Of a stretch of 64,000 nucleotides of DNA, positions 55,411-64,000 are shown one piece after another. Under the pieces are notes generated by a model that was given only the letters and a program-made list of their open reading frames with translations, did not search any database and had not been told where the DNA came from. Source of the stretch: Salinispira sp. (GTDB taxonomy: Bacteria; Spirochaetota; Spirochaetia; DSM-27196; Salinispiraceae); contig OZ271918.1 in assembly GCA_965602015.1 (NCBI GenBank), positions 2,336,001 through 2,400,000 on the forward strand, given 5' to 3'. Position 1 is the stretch's first letter. Every line of letters begins with the position of its first letter. The position numbers and the translations under genes were made by a program.

Positions 55411-55850
55411 TAGAACTCCTCCCTTGATGCAAGCCAGCTTGCGGCATTGATGGCTTCTTCCCGGCTTGCGTAGGATTGAATGCCGGCGCCGAATGCCCAT
55501 CCCCGGGCATCGGAATGCTGCACGAGGAACCAGTAACTCTCCTCGGTGTAGAGATATTCGGTTTCCAGACTCTGTTCAAGCACTTCGAACACCTCCCCCT
55601 GTCTGGCATGCCAAAGGATTTCACTTTCGATTCCCGGTTGCGCATAAAGCGGAAGATACGAGCGTTCCACGACGGCCCAGTTTTTCCTCACGGATAGAAC
55701 AGGAGTCGGGGGAAGATTCAGTTCGGGCAGCTGTTCTTCCCGGCAGGAAGTATTCAGCAGCGCGAGCAATAGAAAGCCTAAGTACATACCCCTGGAAGAC
55801 CCGAACCCGGAGATGAATAATTTGCCTTTGTTGTGTATAGTAACCAGCAT
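55410..55850 (-). CDS. Putative SH3-domain lipoprotein
   Basis: LALLNTS-C lipobox-like; WAVV...YL.LY.QPG...GEV.EV...W......GW pattern of bacterial SH3; start uncertain. Confidence 0.7.
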   Translation of the reverse strand: MLVTIHNKGKLFISGFGSSRGMYLGFLLLALLNTSCREEQLPELNLPPTPVLSVRKNWAVVERSYLPLYAQPGIESEILWHARQGEVFEVLEQSLETEYLYTEESYWFLVQHSDARGWAFGAGIQSYASREEAINAASWLASREEF

Positions 55851-55918
55851 ATCAACCTGTATATGGAAGACTTCGGGATCTTTCTCCCGATTTCTGAAGT
55901 ATAGACCGGATAAAGCCC

Positions 55919-56473
55919 ATGATAAAAGTAAAAATACTCATCTGCCTCATCGCCTGCGTATCTCAGGAAGTCCTGGCTGACGATTCTTCCCCGGCCTTAA
56001 CCCTGTCCACGACCCAGGGAGTGCATTACAGCTCACTACCTCAGATCGAGAGTTCAGCGCTGCACTATGACGGTGGTCTAAATCTGGGGCTCCGTTTCCC
56101 GCTGGGACTTTCCGGGCTGTACCTGGCAGGCCAGGCCGGTATTCACGTGGTAGCTCCCCCGCCGGCGGGAGATCTGTTCAGCGTGCGCGGTTTTTGGGGA
56201 TTCAGGAACTCCCTGCTTCTATCATACAGAATCGGAGGAATGCGGCTGGGTGCCGCGGGGGGCTTTCAGGTGTACCGCTTCTGGAACACAAAAATCATGT
56301 TTGCCACGCCGGAAATCAGCCTGTTTGCTTCAGTCTACCTCAACCCCCGGGACAGAGGTGATGCTCCAATGACCGTTGAAATCAGGCCGCGGGTCTACAG
56401 TCATTTTCGCCCGGACACGGGCTTCTCGGGCGGGGCACTGCTCGAACTTGTTTTTGTGCGCCCGCTGCGGTAA
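55919..56473 (+). CDS. Hypothetical exported beta-strand-rich protein (possible small outer-membrane barrel)
   Basis: Signal peptide; alternating Gly/aromatic amphipathic strands (GGLNLGLRF, LYLAGQAGIH, LLSYRI, LFASVYL). Confidence 0.6.
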   Translation: MIKVKILICLIACVSQEVLADDSSPALTLSTTQGVHYSSLPQIESSALHYDGGLNLGLRFPLGLSGLYLAGQAGIHVVAPPPAGDLFSVRGFWGFRNSLLLSYRIGGMRLGAAGGFQVYRFWNTKIMFATPEISLFASVYLNPRDRGDAPMTVEIRPRVYSHFRPDTGFSGGALLELVFVRPLR

Positions 56474-56485
56474 ATTACTACAACA

Positions 56486-57421
56486 ATGAAGAATTCTGCT
56501 GTCTTCCTCATTATTGCTATACTAATCTCGGGATTTCTATCCTGCACCATAGAGCGCGGCGGCGATATCCGCCGATACGCCCTGGTGTACGGCGTGGGGG
56601 AATACGCATCGGTAAATGACCTGCCCTTCGCCACAAACGACGGCATAGACGTCAGGTCCCTTCTGGAAGCCCAGGGCTACACCATCATCAATCCGGGCAG
56701 CAGTGAAGCGGCGACCCGGGCAGATCTCGAAGCCGACATGGCAGAAGCCCGTTCGGTCGTTGGTCCCAGGGATGTTTTTCTTTTTTATTTTGCGGGCCAC
56801 GGCCTCCAGCTCATTGATAAATCCGACGGTCTTATTGCATTTTCCGATTACAGCGGCATCGATAGTCCGGGTGCACTGTTTACATCGGAGTTACTCGATT
56901 CAATCAAGGCTATGGGGGCTTTTCACAATATACTTATTCTCGATGCCTGCAACAGCGGCACGTTCATCGAAGAGAGCTTCGGTGTAACCACCTTGCCGGA
57001 CAGCTACGTTCATTCCACCTTCACCGATGCCAGTGAGGGGGGCGGCGGTTTGTCCGAGGCTATCAGTAATTATTTCGGAATCAACGCGGTACCCAATATC
57101 AGCGTCATGACCGCTGCCGGCCCATCCGAAGAGAGCTATGAGTGGAGCGGCGCTTTTGGCTCGGAACTTGCCCGTGCTTTGGGAGTTCCCGCCGAATATG
57201 CGGACAACGGCGTATTCACCGGTTTTTTCCTTGAGGCCGCTGCCAACGCAGACGCAAATGTTGATGGCCGCATTACTTTGAGCGAAGCGTACAACCATAT
57301 TTACCGCCGCATAGACTCGACCTGGAATGCAGAGTTCAGGAAATCCCTGTACAGCGAAGATGTGTTTTACCCTCATATCTCCGGCGGCGGTCTTGATCCC
57401 GTGCTGTTTATTCTCGATTAA
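56486..57421 (+). CDS. Caspase-family (peptidase C14) lipoprotein
   Basis: Lipobox FLS-C; RYALVYGVGEY...L....ND; FYFAGHG (His); ILDACNSG (Cys); GVFT; DANVDGRITLSE. Confidence 0.88.
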   Translation: MKNSAVFLIIAILISGFLSCTIERGGDIRRYALVYGVGEYASVNDLPFATNDGIDVRSLLEAQGYTIINPGSSEAATRADLEADMAEARSVVGPRDVFLFYFAGHGLQLIDKSDGLIAFSDYSGIDSPGALFTSELLDSIKAMGAFHNILILDACNSGTFIEESFGVTTLPDSYVHSTFTDASEGGGGLSEAISNYFGINAVPNISVMTAAGPSEESYEWSGAFGSELARALGVPAEYADNGVFTGFFLEAAANADANVDGRITLSEAYNHIYRRIDSTWNAEFRKSLYSEDVFYPHISGGGLDPVLFILD

Positions 57422-57474
57422 GAGTCATTAGCGATTTCCGGCCGAAGCTGCGGGAAGCATGATCCTATAGATGA

Positions 57475-59469
57475 TTATTTGCCGCCCAAATCATTGAGCT
57501 TTTCTATTTCATCGCGGATTACCGCAGCCTGTTCGAATTCAAGGTTTTTAGCATGCTCCAGCATCTCGCCCTCAAGAACCTTGATAAGCTTTTTTCTCTG
57601 AGCGGGGATCATGACATTGTACTCGGCCTTGATAATTTCGATATTGCGCTTTTCGTCTTCGCGCTTTTCTTCCTGTTCACGGATGAGGATGTCGTGAACC
57701 GCCTTCCTGACGCTTTGGGGAGTTATTCCGTGCTCGACATTGTAGGCCTGCTGTATGCTTCGGCGCCTGTCAGTTTCCGCTATGGCTTCGCGCATGGCGT
57801 CGGATTCCCGGTCGGCATACATAATTACCTTGCCGTTGACATTCCGGGCGGCCCGTCCGATGGTCTGGATGAGACTGGTGGCAGAGCGCAGAAAACCGAT
57901 TTTGTCTGCATCGAGTATGGCGACCAAGGATACCTCCGGAAGGTCTAGTCCTTCCCGCAGCAGGTTAATGCCCACCAGCACATCGAATTTTCCCTGACGC
58001 AGCTGAGTGAGTATTTCCACCCGTTCAATGGTTTCGATCTCCGAATGGAGGTAACGCACTCTCAAGCCCATGGAGGTCAGGTAGTCGGTGAGATCCTCCG
58101 CCATTTTTTTCGTCAGGGTGGTTATGAGGATCCGATCTCCATCCTTGATGCGGGCCTCCGCCTCGGCATACAAGTCCTCAATCTGACCTCGGGTCGGCCT
58201 TACGGTAATTTCCGGATCCAAAAGCCCGGTCGGTCTGATAATCTGCTCAACCGCCGAGCCGGATTTTTCAAGCTCCATAGACCCGGGCGTTGCGGACACA
58301 TAGAGGGTCTGATTACACAGGGACTCGAACTCGGCATAAAAGAGCGGGCGATTATCGAGTGCGGAAGGCAGTCTGAATCCGAAATCCACAAGATTCTGCT
58401 TTCTCGAACGGTCGCCGGCATACATGGCGCCGATTTGAGGAACGGTAACGTGACTTTCATCGATGATGGTCAGGAAATCCTGGGGAAAATAGTCCAGAAG
58501 CACCGCAGGACGCTCGCCTTCATTACGGCCCGTCAGATGGCGGCTGTAGTTTTCAATTCCCGAGCAATAGCCCATTTCTTCCATCATTTCCAGGTCATAT
58601 TCCGTCCGGCTTTTTATTCTCTGGGCTTCCACCAGTTTGTTTTGGGACAGGAGCTGATCGTGCCATTGGTCGAGTTCCCCGCGAATGATGCCAAGGGACT
58701 GGCGAAGCATGTCTTCGGGCATGACAAAATGCTTTGCGGGATAAATCAGCAGGGTATCCATCTGCTCGAGCACTTCAGCGCTAACCGGATGGATGCGAGA
58801 AATAGCGGCGACTTCATCCCACTCAAGCTCAATTCGGTACCCGTCTTCCGAATAGGCGGGAAAGATCTCGATGACATCCCCCCTGATCCGAAATATCCCC
58901 CGGTGAGGCACATCGTCGTTGCGCTCGTATTGCAGGGACACCAACTGGCGGCGCAGATCTTTCAAATCCATGCGGGTGCCGCGGTCGATCCGGATACGCA
59001 TATCCCGGTAATCCCTGGGGCTCCCAAGACCGTAAATACAGGACACCGTAGCTACGACGATGACATCGGGTCGTTCCAAAAGGCTTGTGGTTGCAGATAA
59101 CCTGAGCTTTTCGATCTCGTCATTGATTGAGGCGTCCTTCTCAATGTACAGGTCCTTGCTGGCCACATAGGCTTCGGGCTGGTAGTAGTCATAGTATGAA
59201 ACAAAATACTCCACGGCGTTGTCAGGGAAAAAATCCTTGAACTCCCGGTAGAGCTGGGCAGCCAGGGTCTTATTATGCGATACCACAAGAGTCGGTTTGC
59301 CTAATCGTTCAATGACCTTCGCCATGGTAAACGTCTTCCCGGATCCGGTAACCCCTTTGAGGGTCTGAAAATTACGGCCGGCGCTGCCAAAATTTTCCAC
59401 AATGCTTTCGATTGCCTTCGGCTGATCGCCGGAGGGCTGATACTCGGATACGACCTTGAATTCTCTCAT
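57475..59469 (-). CDS. uvrB: Excinuclease ABC subunit B
   Basis: [57 protein letters not shown]-terminal UVR domain. Confidence 0.98.
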   Translation of the reverse strand: MREFKVVSEYQPSGDQPKAIESIVENFGSAGRNFQTLKGVTGSGKTFTMAKVIERLGKPTLVVSHNKTLAAQLYREFKDFFPDNAVEYFVSYYDYYQPEAYVASKDLYIEKDASINDEIEKLRLSATTSLLERPDVIVVATVSCIYGLGSPRDYRDMRIRIDRGTRMDLKDLRRQLVSLQYERNDDVPHRGIFRIRGDVIEIFPAYSEDGYRIELEWDEVAAISRIHPVSAEVLEQMDTLLIYPAKHFVMPEDMLRQSLGIIRGELDQWHDQLLSQNKLVEAQRIKSRTEYDLEMMEEMGYCSGIENYSRHLTGRNEGERPAVLLDYFPQDFLTIIDESHVTVPQIGAMYAGDRSRKQNLVDFGFRLPSALDNRPLFYAEFESLCNQTLYVSATPGSMELEKSGSAVEQIIRPTGLLDPEITVRPTRGQIEDLYAEAEARIKDGDRILITTLTKKMAEDLTDYLTSMGLRVRYLHSEIETIERVEILTQLRQGKFDVLVGINLLREGLDLPEVSLVAILDADKIGFLRSATSLIQTIGRAARNVNGKVIMYADRESDAMREAIAETDRRRSIQQAYNVEHGITPQSVRKAVHDILIREQEEKREDEKRNIEIIKAEYNVMIPAQRKKLIKVLEGEMLEHAKNLEFEQAAVIRDEIEKLNDLGGK

Positions 59470-59471
59470 GT

Positions 59472-60710
59472 TTATTCCAATGTGAACTGCTCGGGGCGTT
59501 GGATGAGTTCGACCCGGGTTTCAAGTTTTCGCCTGCCGCGGTAATAGACAATATCCACCACGTCGCCCGGCCGGTTATCTTCCAGGGCTTCATAGAGCTG
59601 GGCGATCGTGTAGGTGGGAGTTCCGTCGATTTCAACGATGACGTCACCCCCCAAATAGATTATTGTCGATCCGTAGCGCACCGCATTGGTCCGCCCGCCG
59701 CCGCGCAAACCGGCGGCGGCGGCCAGGCCGCTTTCAGTCAGCCTGCTTATGAGAATGCCCCGTTCAACCGGTAATCTCGCGTACTCCACCAGCTCGGGGA
59801 ACAATTGGATCGGGCTGATGTCTATCCATCCCCGGTTTACCCTGCCAAAATTCAATAAATCCGGCAGCACCCGTCGCGCCGTATCGACGGGAACGGCAAA
59901 ACCGACACCGACGCTTCCCCCGCTCGGGGAGTAAATCATGGTATTCACGCCGATAAGATTGCCCTGCGAATCCAACAGCGGTCCGCCGGAATTACCCGGA
60001 TTTATACTGGCATCTGTTTGTATCATACCCTGAATAATGGTCCCGGTGTCATTCTGAATCGGCCTCCCCAGTCCCGAGACAACTCCCGTGGTAAGCGTGC
60101 GGTCAAAGCTGAAGGGATTGCCGATGGCGAGCACCTTTTGCCCCACCCGCAGCTGCGATGAGGTGCCCAGGGGAATAGTTGTGAGAACCCGATCCCCGGG
60201 ATCGAATTTCAGCACCGCCAGATCATTCTCCGGGTCGGTGCCGACGACTTCGCTTTCAATCCGCTCCCCTCTTGCAAGAGTGACGTAAACCCTCACTGCA
60301 TCCTCGATGACATGATCGTTGGTGAGCACATAGCCCCGGGTATCGATAATTGCTCCGCTGCCCGTGCCGCCCTCGGTGGGCACAGGCTCGAAGAAGAACG
60401 AGTAGGAGATAGTTTCAGTGCTTATGTTAACCACGGCTTCATTGCGCATCTCGTAAATATCGATGTTATTTTGCTCATCCTCAATCATCGCAGTGCTACC
60501 GTCGAAGGCGGGAATAAGGGAAGCGTCATTTTCCCGCAGATCAAGGCGGTTTAAGGAGGTATCGAAGTCATTTTCCTCTACATTGGTGAGTATCGGCATC
60601 TCGTCTTCGCCGGGCAGCGGCAGTAACCCAAAGCCGATACTCAGCAGCAGAGCAAGGGCAGCGCCGAGCAGCACGAGAAAAATGCTTTGGGGAATTTTCC
60701 GGGGTCTCAT
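59472..60710 (-). CDS. htrA: HtrA/DegP-like trypsin serine protease with one PDZ domain
   Basis: N-terminal [30 protein letters not shown]-terminal PDZ (GDVIVEIDG). Confidence 0.92.
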   Translation of the reverse strand: MRPRKIPQSIFLVLLGAALALLLSIGFGLLPLPGEDEMPILTNVEENDFDTSLNRLDLRENDASLIPAFDGSTAMIEDEQNNIDIYEMRNEAVVNISTETISYSFFFEPVPTEGGTGSGAIIDTRGYVLTNDHVIEDAVRVYVTLARGERIESEVVGTDPENDLAVLKFDPGDRVLTTIPLGTSSQLRVGQKVLAIGNPFSFDRTLTTGVVSGLGRPIQNDTGTIIQGMIQTDASINPGNSGGPLLDSQGNLIGVNTMIYSPSGGSVGVGFAVPVDTARRVLPDLLNFGRVNRGWIDISPIQLFPELVEYARLPVERGILISRLTESGLAAAAGLRGGGRTNAVRYGSTIIYLGGDVIVEIDGTPTYTIAQLYEALEDNRPGDVVDIVYYRGRRKLETRVELIQRPEQFTLE

Positions 60711-60773
60711 GGGGGTAAATATAATAAATGCGTCTGAAGTTGCCTACCTGGTCAACGCTGGGCCGCACCAAGG

Positions 60774-62468
60774 TCACAAATATTCATCATAGCGTCCCGG
60801 GTTCATACAATAGGCGGCATCCCGGATATGTCTGCCCTGGATGCGCGCCTTTGCTTTTTCTTCGGCGTCAGCGCTGCCGGTTTTTATGGCGGCCTCGATA
60901 TCATGGAGGGTCAGGGAGAGGCGCCTGATGTTGATTATTTGCCGATTGCTGAAAAACCCAGAACTGAGCAGCTGGGTAATCAAATCCCTCGCCGATTCGT
61001 CTGTTTGACACTGTTCATCCAGGTCGGAAACCTGCGCATAGGCGTTGGTCCGTGCCCCGCCGCCCCGGTATCGTAGCAATTGGGTCTGCCTTGATCGCTC
61101 AATGCATTGCCGGAGTACAACCGGACTGCCAAAGCAGTGCCGATCGATTAATCCGCTGAGAACCGAGAGCTCCGGGTCTTGTTCTGCCCGCCATTCAGAA
61201 TGAGGGGAGGCCGTCGGTTCCCCGCCGGATGCCATACAATGTCGTATCTCAATTCTGTCATAGAGGGCTCCTCCCATGCGGCTCCAGTAGCGGGCAATCT
61301 CCGCAGGGCTGCAGAGGCACAGCGCATCACTTCGGCCCCGGTTGCCGCAGGGACACAGGTTCATGGTAAAGGCGAAAACCGTCCGGCAAGGATAGACCGT
61401 AGACATGCTCGCCCTTATGAGGCGTATTCCGGCCTGCTCCATCGGCTCCCGCAGACTCTGGAGCACATTTCGGTGAAATTCCGGCGCTTCATCCAACACC
61501 AGAACTCCGCCGTGAGCAAGTGCTAACTCCCCGGGCACTAAATGCTTGCCGCCTCCCAGCACTCCCTCTGCAGAACTGCCGTGATGGGGCTCCCGGTAAA
61601 GCTTCAATCCCGAAATTTGGGAAATCGAATTGGTAACCGAAGGATGCCTGCTGTGAATCCGGTATTGCTCTCGCAACATGTCACCCCGTTGTTCAGGAAG
61701 AAGCAGTTCAAGAGCCCGAACCGAACTAGTCTTTCCCGATCCCGGCGGGCCGTAGAAGAGAATATTGTGGTTCCCAGCAGCGCAGAGGGCGAGTTTGGCG
61801 AGAACCTCACCGCGTACCGCTGGCGGGAATGGTGTACCATCGCTGGATTCGGAATCAGGGTTACGCGGATCAGCGTATGATTGCGGAACTTCGCATTGTA
61901 GCATGTTCTTCGTGCTGGGGGCTCGCGGTTTATTTTCGACGCAGAGCAGATTGATCATCGAGCGAAGATTTTCGGGAAAATCGAGCCGTATATGGTCCAG
62001 GGGTAGCGATGAAGCCGCGGAGATCAGTTCATGAGAAACGATTACCTTATCAAACTCGCCGGTGCCCAGGGACAACAGGGCAGCACAGTCCCGTTCGGTG
62101 GAGCGGATTTTCCCCTTGAGACCGAGTTCGCCCAAAAGCATGATGCGCGAGACGCTTTTTGTATGAGCTGCGGGTACGCGTATCTGGGAGGAGCTTAATA
62201 GAATAGCCAAGGCGATGGCGCAATCAAAGGCGGCGCCGTCTTTTGGCAGACCGCCGGGACTCAGATTTATGAGAATCTTTCTTGATGGAAGTTCGAACCC
62301 GCTGGCCTGCAATGCGGCGGCGACCCGTTGCCGGGATTCCTGGACCGCCGAGCCCGCAAGCCCGACTATTGAAAACGCCGGCAATCCGCGGCTAATGTCG
62401 CACTCAACCTCAACGGGAAATCCCTCATAGCCGATCGTACAGTATGAGAAAATATTCAACCTGGACAT
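60774..62468 (-). CDS. comM: YifB/ComM Mg-chelatase-like AAA+ ATPase
   Basis: VEVECD...GLP.F.IVGL...V.ESR.RV, NLSP..LPK.G..FD, GPPGSGKT, REPHH, PGE..LAHGGVL.LDE, N.CPCG. Confidence 0.88.
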   Translation of the reverse strand: MSRLNIFSYCTIGYEGFPVEVECDISRGLPAFSIVGLAGSAVQESRQRVAAALQASGFELPSRKILINLSPGGLPKDGAAFDCAIALAILLSSSQIRVPAAHTKSVSRIMLLGELGLKGKIRSTERDCAALLSLGTGEFDKVIVSHELISAASSLPLDHIRLDFPENLRSMINLLCVENKPRAPSTKNMLQCEVPQSYADPRNPDSESSDGTPFPPAVRGEVLAKLALCAAGNHNILFYGPPGSGKTSSVRALELLLPEQRGDMLREQYRIHSRHPSVTNSISQISGLKLYREPHHGSSAEGVLGGGKHLVPGELALAHGGVLVLDEAPEFHRNVLQSLREPMEQAGIRLIRASMSTVYPCRTVFAFTMNLCPCGNRGRSDALCLCSPAEIARYWSRMGGALYDRIEIRHCMASGGEPTASPHSEWRAEQDPELSVLSGLIDRHCFGSPVVLRQCIERSRQTQLLRYRGGGARTNAYAQVSDLDEQCQTDESARDLITQLLSSGFFSNRQIINIRRLSLTLHDIEAAIKTGSADAEEKAKARIQGRHIRDAAYCMNPGRYDEYL

Positions 62469-62556
62469 ACTACAAACACCGGAAATCCGGTGACATTGCT
62501 TCAAATTTTCCCTATCGTTTGAAGCATCGAGTACAGGTTAAAAACGCCGGAAGTCT

Positions 62557-63000
62557 TCAGGTTCTATTGAGGGCAATCACTTCCTGAACCAGCTGATCGC
62601 AGCGCTCATTGAGTTCTATACCCGCATGGCCTTTAACCCAGGCCCACGAGGGCTGGGTTACATCTCTGAGCTCATCGAGTTTCATCCATAAATCACGGTT
62701 TTTTACCGGTTTCTTCGCCGCGGTCTTCCAACCGTTTTTCTTCCATGAGAAGATCCATTGGGTTATTCCTTTCTGCACATACTGGCTGTCAGTGTGGACA
62801 GTATAGCTGTTGGCATCGTTCCGGCTCCGAATAACTTTCAACACTTCAATCACTGCCAAAAGTTCCATGCGGTTATTTGTGGTTTGGGGATCGAAACCCG
62901 AGTCTTCCACAGCACCCGAGGGATCGTCAATTACATATGCCCAGCCTCCGGGCCCCGGATTCCCGATACAACCGCCGTCGGTAAATACTTCAATCTTCAT
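62557..63000 (-). CDS. rnhA: Ribonuclease HI
   Basis: FTDGGC.GNPGPGGW, TTNNRMEL, TDSQYV, KN.DLW, WVKGHAG...NE.CD. Confidence 0.96.
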   Translation of the reverse strand: MKIEVFTDGGCIGNPGPGGWAYVIDDPSGAVEDSGFDPQTTNNRMELLAVIEVLKVIRSRNDANSYTVHTDSQYVQKGITQWIFSWKKNGWKTAAKKPVKNRDLWMKLDELRDVTQPSWAWVKGHAGIELNERCDQLVQEVIALNRT

Positions 63001-63047
63001 CTAGTCTCTCTTGTTAATCTCCGGACAGGCCGGATAAAATATGTGCC

Positions 63048-63524
63048 ATGGTATACCGATTCAAAACAAAGGGAAACCCGAGGGCGATAATGACCCTTGC
63101 GATGGTTTTCATCCTGCTGACCCTTGCATTCACCCTGATTCTGACTGTCCAAAGCTCGATAGGTACCGGTTTCGGAGCCCTCGCTCTGGTTGGAGCATGG
63201 TTCGTCTTCCGCATATATCGCAATCATGCCAGGTCCTACATTGAAACAAACGATGAGTCCCTGGTTTGTAAAACCGCCGTTAATGGCGAAATTCGACTAC
63301 CATGGGCGCAAATTACCCATATCGGTCTGGCAAAAAGCGAAAAAAGCCGCATGCTGTACGTCTACCAGGAATCCCAGGATCAGCTGCTGACAATTCCCGA
63401 GGATTTCCAAAATTTCAGTGGTCTGGTAAGAGAACTTTCACAAAAACCCGGCTTCGAGGAGAACCGCTTAAAAGACAGAAAGGAAATAATACGTCACCTC
63501 TCAAATATCCTCAAAAATCCGTAG
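63048..63524 (+). CDS. Hypothetical membrane protein (2 TM plus PH-like domain)
   Basis: Two TMs, then SYIETNDESL...IRLPW.QIT.I resembling bacterial PH domains. Confidence 0.7.
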   Translation: MVYRFKTKGNPRAIMTLAMVFILLTLAFTLILTVQSSIGTGFGALALVGAWFVFRIYRNHARSYIETNDESLVCKTAVNGEIRLPWAQITHIGLAKSEKSRMLYVYQESQDQLLTIPEDFQNFSGLVRELSQKPGFEENRLKDRKEIIRHLSNILKNP

Positions 63525-64000
63525 AATCTTTTGTGCTTGGTTCATCGCCGAATACCACTTGTAGGCGCTTACCCGCGGGTCATTGAAAGCAAACTTGCCT
63601 AAGGTATTGCCGAGATAAAATTCAACCTCTTCCGAATTTTGCACACCGATCCCAGAAAACTCATTGATTGATACTTCGAGTCTCTTTTCACCATTGAGAA
63701 CTATTCTGTTCCCGTAGAATTCCAGTCTGCCGGGTGGAAAATGAGTATCGAAAACTACTCCATCGGAGGATTGGGAAATCACCGCGGCATCATCACTGAA
63801 TATAAACCCGCCTTCGTCCTCCAATTTCCGTCGGATATCCTCTTCGAGTCGGCTCTGTTGCCACCTGTCCCATTGCACCGGATCAGTAATCTCAGCGGGG
63901 AATGTCGAATCGCATGGGAAGCCGTCTTTGCCGATGTGCATGCGGGCTCCGCAGGTTTCACAGTAGAAATCATTATCAGAACTTTTCAGACTTGAGTAGG
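63501..64000 (-). CDS. C-terminal part of a protein cut by the window edge; possibly a long-form lysophospholipid acyltransferase
   Basis: Frame is open to the edge (..YSSLKSSDNDFYCETCGARMHI..); CxxC knuckle and tail ending SAYKW resemble C-termini of long PlsC-type proteins; the catalytic part is not visible. Confidence 0.5.
   Translation of the reverse strand, partial: YSSLKSSDNDFYCETCGARMHIGKDGFPCDSTFPAEITDPVQWDRWQQSRLEEDIRRKLEDEGGFIFSDDAAVISQSSDGVVFDTHFPPGRLEFYGNRIVLNGEKRLEVSINEFSGIGVQNSEEVEFYLGNTLGKFAFNDPRVSAYKWYSAMNQAQKILRIFEDI

Overview
64 kb of chromosomal backbone from a bacterium that is most likely a free-living spirochaete. This is inferred from the murG-cvpA-holB-kinase-NtrC gene order, a stand-alone groES divergent from a sigma factor, ppdK, and spirochaete-style lipoproteins. 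It carries about 57 CDS (one cut at each edge) and one tRNA-Thr(CGT). I see no CRISPR array, transposase, integrase or prophage. The content is mostly housekeeping and metabolic: ABC-2 permeases, an OFA-type MFS, trxA, an MBOAT/DHHW O-acetylation pair, phnDCE, a 7TM-DISM chemoreceptor, uraA, a GGDEF-EAL protein, surE, an Lrp-iorAB-ptb-buk-aminotransferase-putA amino-acid catabolism cluster, ppdK, a group-2 sigma70, groES, a metzincin lipoprotein, a JAB-DinG helicase, PNP, asd-lysC, Hk2/Rrp2-like TCS, murG, phoU-phoB-phoR, a caspase-like lipoprotein, uvrB, htrA, comM and rnhA. The strongest signals are non-coding. (1) A dispersed family of terminal-inverted-repeat elements (GTGCCCCCAAAACAGCTGATT) occurs in 3 copies at gene 3' ends; the two long copies have dissimilar cores of near-identical length with two symmetrically placed 25-bp quasi-palindromes. 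(2) A perfect sigma54 -24/-12 promoter sits in front of an RpoS-like sigma factor, with candidate enhancer and bending sites and an Hk2/Rrp2-like activator 10 kb away, suggesting a Borrelia-like sigma cascade. (3) Matching 11-bp-phased YTAACN boxes precede both phnDCE and phoU-phoB-phoR. (4) Phased Lrp-type boxes lie between lrp and iorA. (5) Several genes look leaderless. All calls are by eye from motifs; no database search was run.
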